A DNA stretch of 63,384 bases, filler included, from Craspedostauros australis (lineage: Eukaryota), in the NCBI GenBank assembly GCA_030167865.1. It is 4 parts of 4 records of this genome, joined end to end, with 100 filler letters (N's around TTAATTAATTAA, not from the genome) between each part and the next. Parts side by side here need not be neighbours in the genome. Positions count along the whole stretch, not along the records: positions 55,370 to 63,384 come from JALAGF010005618.1; 3 more parts are not named here. One strand, written 5' to 3'. Positions 57,846 through 63,384 of this stretch are shown piece after piece. Numbering within the stretch: the first letter of the stretch is position 1; each line of letters opens with the position of its first letter. The notes below the pieces were generated by a model. The model saw nothing but the letters and a program-made list of their open reading frames with translations, was not told the DNA's origin and made no database searches. Position numbers and translations under genes: made by a program.

Positions 57846-60003
57846 ATGCCAACCATTGAAGCTCCAAACGGAAGTGCTCCACAACTATTATATAATATAA
57901 TATCACGTAACCAGCGAAAGAAGCTGAAGCAAAGGGAATGCAAGCATCAACAGCATCAACAGCATCAACAGCCAACGGCCTTGACGAAACACCAAGCCAT
58001 CACCACCGCTGGTAGCCGGTTGCCTGAAGGAAATGAGAGAAGGAAGGGATCAATCAATGGCAAAGTTGATTTCAAAGTTGATTTCAAAGTTGATGGCAAA
58101 GGCAACCACATTGACAAAGAGAATGGAAACAGGGGCACCAGCGATGAGGACAGCAGCGAAGATGAGATGTTCATGATGGCCGCAGCTGCTGCATGGGCAA
58201 CCGGTGGTGATGGCGACACACGCCCAAATCAATGCCCGTCATCCAAACCAAAGAAACGCAAGGGAGGAAATGGCCAAGCAGCAGCAGCAGCAGCAGCAAT
58301 GTCAGGCATGTTGAACCCGCCCAACACTTCTGTTGATGCCACCCCAACAAGTCGGATGGAACATGGACAACGCCTGTCACCACCATTTCCGCTCAAGCAG
58401 CCCCCTCAGCTTGAAACGAGAATGAAGCAGTCCAAAATGAATGAGTTCTTGCGCAACGAGGGCGATTACAGACACGCATTTCAATCCGCCATGTCCACAT
58501 GCTACGAAAGATGCGTCTGGGACCGTTCCACGGATTTGGCCAACCCTCAGACAGATGCCGCAACAGTGGAGGAAAGGGATGTCCAATCAGCTCTGTCCAC
58601 TTTGGGCCATGCTGGGTGGTTCCGCACGGATGTGACGCAACCGGGAGGGATGGGAAGCAGATGTGTCAAGACGTGCGTCACACGGTGCTTGCTGGGCGAT
58701 CCAGGAACGACGTACAAGTCCCTCGGCCTGAGGATGTTCAGCCATCCTTGGTGTGATACAAATGTGGATGGTGCGCAAGAGGGCCACAGCGTGCCACCCT
58801 CAGATGCTGCCACCGAAGCATGCACATCATCGCGGTGGAACGGGGACGTCCAGGTTGCCGTCGATCAGATCCATCATCTCAACCCAATGCTTGACACAGC
58901 GAACGCAGCGTCATTTGGAAGTGTTGGGAGAGCAGCGTTGGGATCGCAATGTGCCAGAACCCACGGTGCAGGGTCGTGCGGGCTTCAGCGTCACGCTCAT
59001 CAACAAGATGAAGACCCAATCGTCTCGGCTCAAGGATGAGCCCATGTTGGGAGAGTCGAAGTGCACAGTGTTGTGGCATGCGGACAGCTCGTTGGAGCAC
59101 TTTTCCACCATTCCCGTATATCAGACGATGTTCGATCTCAACAACTTCCAATTGAAGTCATCTTCTGGATCATGACAACACGGGCATGTCCACGAACATG
59201 TTCATGGACATGCGGATGCGGATGCGAAGGCAGGTATGAGCTTCGCAAAGAAGCACGAGCACGACTGGTCCGTTGCATTGCGAGTGACGCACAACGCGGA
59301 AGGACCGAAGCAGAAACACCTTGGCGATATCAGCGTTGAGAAGGAAAGCCCGCCGGTTGCTGTCACGTTGCCATCGGGGTGTGCCTACTACCTGCTCGAC
59401 GATCACAACCATCACCATCAGCACGCTGTGCTGGTACATACCTCATCGAGCGATGGCGCAGATGCCGACCAAGTCACAACCACGCGCTTCTCCTCCACAC
59501 ATCGCTTGCTGAGGGTCGGTCACAACGTGCACGACATGATCCACAAATGCAGGACCGCTGTTGACAACTTCCATCGCAACGGATCCAAGCGATGGAGATC
59601 CGAACAAATCACTTTGGACGAGCTGGAGAACGAATGGCTGCGCCAATTCTTCATCCAGGGACGCGAGCACAAGCAGCTTCTGCGGGCGTACTGGGAGCAG
59701 CCAGTCATGACACTGTTCCGTTATTGGGAGCAGCTCGAACAACGGACCTATGATATCCTCTGTATCCTCCAGCATGCCGCTGAGTATCATTGTGAGACGA
59801 CATCTGAACAGCAGAGGCAGCAGCAGGTGCGATGGGACAAGTCCAGCAGATCGCGATGCACTACAGCCAAGCCTCCCCACACAAGTCCACGATCGTCCGA
59901 TTCTTCCAGGGACAGATCTATTGGAATTGGTCACGACGATGTAGCGTGTGTCACTCCAATCCAAGCTCGTAGTGCGTTTGTCCAATTGAAACACGATAAG
60001 TAG
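57846..60003 (+). pseudogene. FTO: FTO (2-oxoglutarate/Fe(II) nucleic-acid demethylase) homolog, disrupted
   Basis: VTRCLLGDPGTTYKSLGLRMF, VTLINKM, WHADSSLEHFST (HxD), YYLLDDHNHHHQHAVL (distal His), RFSSTHR (2OG-binding Arg), ELENEWLRQFFIQG. A +1 frameshift at ~58883-58885, an in-frame TGA at 59173-59175, and loss of family-like sequence after ~59830. Confidence 0.9.
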
Positions 60004-60435
60004 AGCATGATGGCTCCGTACTCGCGGAGTGGAAGCTCCCTGGATCATTGGTCTCGATGGTCTTGTCTTATCACGCGCGGTCCGAAGGGAAGATGTCGAC
60101 ACAGTGAAAGGTGTTAGTTAGTTCAGGAACATCCTCTCAGATTGGGTAGTTGTGGTTGGCATCACTTTTTGGTTTGGATCGTGTCTCACACACGTGATTG
60201 GCGGGCGTTATTTTGCCGTTATCATGGCGCCAAAACGAATCTTCTCCAACCAATCAACCACCAACATCAAACTGAGGCAACAAGGAACGAACAAACGACA
60301 CCTCCATGTGAACACATCACACAATACATTCACAAAGGAATGCAACAAGCAAACCAGAATCACCAGTACCACCAGAACATACCATTATATTATATGATAT
60401 TATACTTGTGAAGAGAAGGAGAAAGCTATGGCATC

Positions 60436-61924
60436 ATGAGTGGAGAAGCAGACCGTTTCTGCAGATGCGTTGTGGTCATCTTCGGCATACTGTGCGTTAC
60501 CCTGTCTCCTCAAAGATCAACCGCGTGCTTCCAACCCTCAGCGCAGAAGCCACCATGGCAGTCATCATGGAAGCCATCAGATCGACAGAGCAACAGTCTC
60601 CACCATGACGTGCCACAACCTCAGGATGACCAACCGTATCNNNNNNNNNNNNNNNNNNNNNNNNNNNNNNNNNNNNNNNNNNNNNNNNNNNNNNNNNNNN
60701 NNNNNNNNNNNNNNNNNNNNNNNNNNNNNNNNNNNNNNNNNNNNNNNNNNNNNNNNNNNNNNNNNNNNNNNNNNNNNNNNNNNNNNNNNNNNNNNNNNNN
60801 NNNNNNNNNNNNNNNNNNNNNNNNNNNNNNNNTACGCCTTGATCGTATCGTATCATGGACCCTCCTTCCTGGGCGGATACGAGTTCAACCCCACCATCAC
60901 TGCGCCGACGGTCCGCGGCGTTCTCACAGACGCAGTGTCCAAGTGTTTGCGGTATCAAGGCATCATCGAGGCTGAGACAATCGTNNNNNNNNNCGTTGCA
61001 GGCCGGACGGATGCTGGTGTTTCGGCCAAGGCGAACGTGCTCTCCTTCTCGCTATCAGCCAAATCAACGGCCACACCAGATCTCGATCGTCTAGTTGCGG
61101 ATGTCAATCGGTTGTTGCGAGATGGCAGCAGTGAAACACATGAAGCGAATGAAGTCAATGAAGTCAATGAGATAGATGCAACTCGAGATGGCATGAAAGA
61201 AGCCTGGGATGCCCTGCAACTCAGCAACCGAACTAGTACCACACCATTCGTGAAGATCCATGATGCATATCATGTGTCATCCAGCTTCCATCCCACATTC
61301 CAAGCGACGGCTCGTGAATACATCTACATCCTTCCTTTGCGCAAGACAGTATGTCTTCAATATGCCAGACTCATGGTGAAGACGGTGAACCAGTTCTTCG
61401 CATCTGTCATGAACCAATCGATGGATTACACCTCGTTGAGCAAAGGCAGGATATTGACACAGTCGGCGGATTGCACCATTCAAGCAGGACGATGTTGGTT
61501 GGTGACGGGTTCGGGCAGAGCCGATGTTGAAGATGTACATGAAGTATCCAATGATCAGCAACAGCTCCACGCATCTGGCCTCGCTGAGTTGGAGGATGCC
61601 ATTCCGGGCTTCACCAAGGCATGGCGCAAGCATGAACAGGAAGGATCAACATCATCAGCAGTTGTATCAGTAGGGGCGGCGGTAGGGCCGGAATACGAAA
61701 GCGCTCTCGTCTTCCAGATCCGTGCGAACCGATTTCTCAAACGGATGATTCGCAAGATGGTGAACTCGCTGCTGCTGGATGCCTCAGCCACCATCGAAGA
61801 GCCACAGGGCAACGACGACAAGCCCAACCGATGGATGCGAAGGATTGAGAGGATGGATCGCTCATACAATTGTGCAGCGCCGCCGGGCGGTCTGTGTTTG
61901 TGGAGGATCTACTTTGAAGAATGA
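60436..61924 (+). CDS. truA: tRNA pseudouridine synthase A family, probably plastid-targeted (contains N gaps)
   Basis: YALIVSYHG, catalytic AGRTDAGVSA, FHPTFQATAREYIY, IRANRFLKRMIRKMV, APPGGLCL. The N-terminus from ATG 60436 has a signal-like stretch followed by STAC-FQP. Confidence 0.88.
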
Positions 61925-62048
61925 ACAGGAATGGTCTTCGTGACAATCATCGACAATTGTAGGCAGGTGGTACGATGTATCTCAGGATGTATCAGCTGTG
62001 GTATCTCGCTGTTGTATTCAACAATGGAGGTGTGATTTGTTTCACAGC

Positions 62049-63384
62049 CTAGTTTAGCAACGTGACTGTTGTCATGATTGATAACGCCATCACCAGCATG
62101 ACGGATACCGTGGAAGGGATCATTGGTGAGAAAGCTGAGCTGGTAGGTGCAGTGGTGGGGGCAGAAGTAGGCTGCATCGAAGGTGCCCCGCTGGGTGTGT
62201 TGCTTGGGGGATTTGACGGCGATGCCGATGGTGGAAAAGACGGAGTGGATGAGGGTGTGGACGAAGCAAGAGCTGATGGTTCAGGAGATGGCACAGCGGA
62301 CGGCATCTTCGAGTTTCCGTTGCAGTACTCCAACGATCCCATGAAGTAATCGAAGATCCCGTTGAATAGAGGAGGAGGATTGTCACCAACGATGCCACTC
62401 GAAATCCCCGTGAACATGATGAATGGGCAGTTCTGGCAGTCGAACCAATCTGACGGGATTGGCTCAATGCTGGTCGCAATATCCCCCAATTGGTTTGTGC
62501 GAGTGTCGATGCGGATGGCGACCACGCCATCGCTTGCTGAAAAAGACAGTGGTGGATCAAACGTGATCACATCTGTGAACTCGTCGATGCCTCTCGCCTC
62601 GATGGTTCCGGATGCAATCTTCGTCCAGACACCAGGCGCATCCCATGGACTGAGACGGTAGAAGATGGAATATGGTTGATTACCCACGGTGGATAGAGCA
62701 AGTCCCATGCCAGTGATCTCGACCGTGTCCAGCACCTCAATATCGAATCGCTGCGATTCCACTTGGTCGATAAAGAACGGCCGAGGCAGGCCCACTGCCT
62801 CCCCGCTTCGACAAGTAGCTGTCGGCGCCACGGTCGGAGCGACAGATGCCAAGGCTGTCGGCGATGCTGTGATGGAGAGGGATTCGGTTGGCGTCGCACT
62901 GGCGAGGCCGCGACAGAATTCGAGCACCCCCGGAAAGGCGAATAGAACATCTGGAACGATGCTGGATAGATTGCCATCAACTTCCGCGCTGGCAAGTCCC
63001 ACAGATACTCCGAACGGGCAATTCGGGCAGTCTGCAATGGGCGGCCCGAGGAAAGTCGGGAAGTCCGCGCGGAAGTTCACCAGCCGGTTTGCCATGTCGA
63101 TGCGAAAGGAAATCAAGCCAGTATCCGCTGAAAAGGACAGAGGCGAATCAAATGGAAGAGAGGCCGTGAATCCATCAGAGTCGACTTCTCCATTGTTGCC
63201 TGAGGCGATCTGAGTCCAATTCCCGGTCTCCACCTGCCAGATGTCGGGATGAAAGAAGATCTTGTATGGCATGTTGGAAAATCCAGGAGCCAGAAACACT
63301 TTGATGGAGTTGATTTGAACGTCTTCAAAAATCGCTACATCGAATCTGAGAGATTGAGAGGTTTGATTCAAGAGATCTCCGTCA
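62049..63384 (-). CDS. Cell-surface protein with at least two ~150-aa repeated beta-rich domains, a PS/PT stalk and a GPI-signal-like C-terminus (5' end outside the window)
   Basis: Both repeats share RFD..V.I, Y.IF...W, WT.IASG, FD.PLSFSA..G...RID, DC.NCPF and G.LE(F/Y)C. The C-terminus is SSA + spacer + hydrophobic VSVMLVMALSIMTTVTLLN. The frame is open to the window edge. Confidence 0.82.
   Translation of the reverse strand, partial: DGDLLNQTSQSLRFDVAIFEDVQINSIKVFLAPGFSNMPYKIFFHPDIWQVETGNWTQIASGNNGEVDSDGFTASLPFDSPLSFSADTGLISFRIDMANRLVNFRADFPTFLGPPIADCPNCPFGVSVGLASAEVDGNLSSIVPDVLFAFPGVLEFCRGLASATPTESLSITASPTALASVAPTVAPTATCRSGEAVGLPRPFFIDQVESQRFDIEVLDTVEITGMGLALSTVGNQPYSIFYRLSPWDAPGVWTKIASGTIEARGIDEFTDVITFDPPLSFSASDGVVAIRIDTRTNQLGDIATSIEPIPSDWFDCQNCPFIMFTGISSGIVGDNPPPLFNGIFDYFMGSLEYCNGNSKMPSAVPSPEPSALASSTPSSTPSFPPSASPSNPPSNTPSGAPSMQPTSAPTTAPTSSAFSPMIPSTVSVMLVMALSIMTTVTLLN

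Noticed and set aside
59173..59175. In-frame TGA in FTO as selenocysteine or programmed readthrough
   Set aside because: It falls in a non-conserved linker, and the gene carries an independent frameshift and other lesions; simple CGA>TGA decay is more parsimonious.
57846..61924. FTO and TruA as an RNA-modification gene cluster
   Set aside because: Only two genes, likely acting in different compartments, one of them disrupted; adjacency is not evidence of a system.

Overview
Eukaryotic nuclear DNA, very probably from a (pennate) diatom draft assembly. This is inferred from GT-AG introns, an algal-type FTO, a two-domain betaine-type methyltransferase, RXL-motif secreted proteins, a bipartite plastid-targeting-like presequence and Copia remnants. 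About 17 host genes can be supported: a proline-iminopeptidase-like hydrolase (partial), a carbohydrate sulfotransferase, a secreted alpha/beta hydrolase, a silaffin-like Lys/Ser/Pro/Thr protein, an FLVCR-type MFS transporter, a 3-exon TBC1D20-like RabGAP, a tandem SAM methyltransferase, ESS2, a GT92-like glycosyltransferase, a tail-anchored protein, a GH19 chitinase-like protein with Cys repeats, a multi-TM protein, a mucin-like Cys-rich protein, an M11-like metalloprotease, a disrupted FTO, TruA and a GPI-type surface protein (partial). Mobile DNA comprises a decayed ~5.7-kb three-gene PIF/Harbinger(ISL2EU)-like DNA transposon with palindromic 20-bp subterminal arrays, a solo LTR lacking a TSD fused to a Copia pol remnant, and a gappy repeat-like block at ~30-34 kb. 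The most notable items are the three-ORF transposon architecture, the mirror-symmetric RXL-bracketed silaffin-like protein, the concentration of secreted or cell-surface genes sharing RXL/Lys-cluster signals, and the pseudogenised FTO. Several N gaps carry an artificial TTAATTAATTAA spacer. No database searches could be run; family calls rest on motifs read from the translations.
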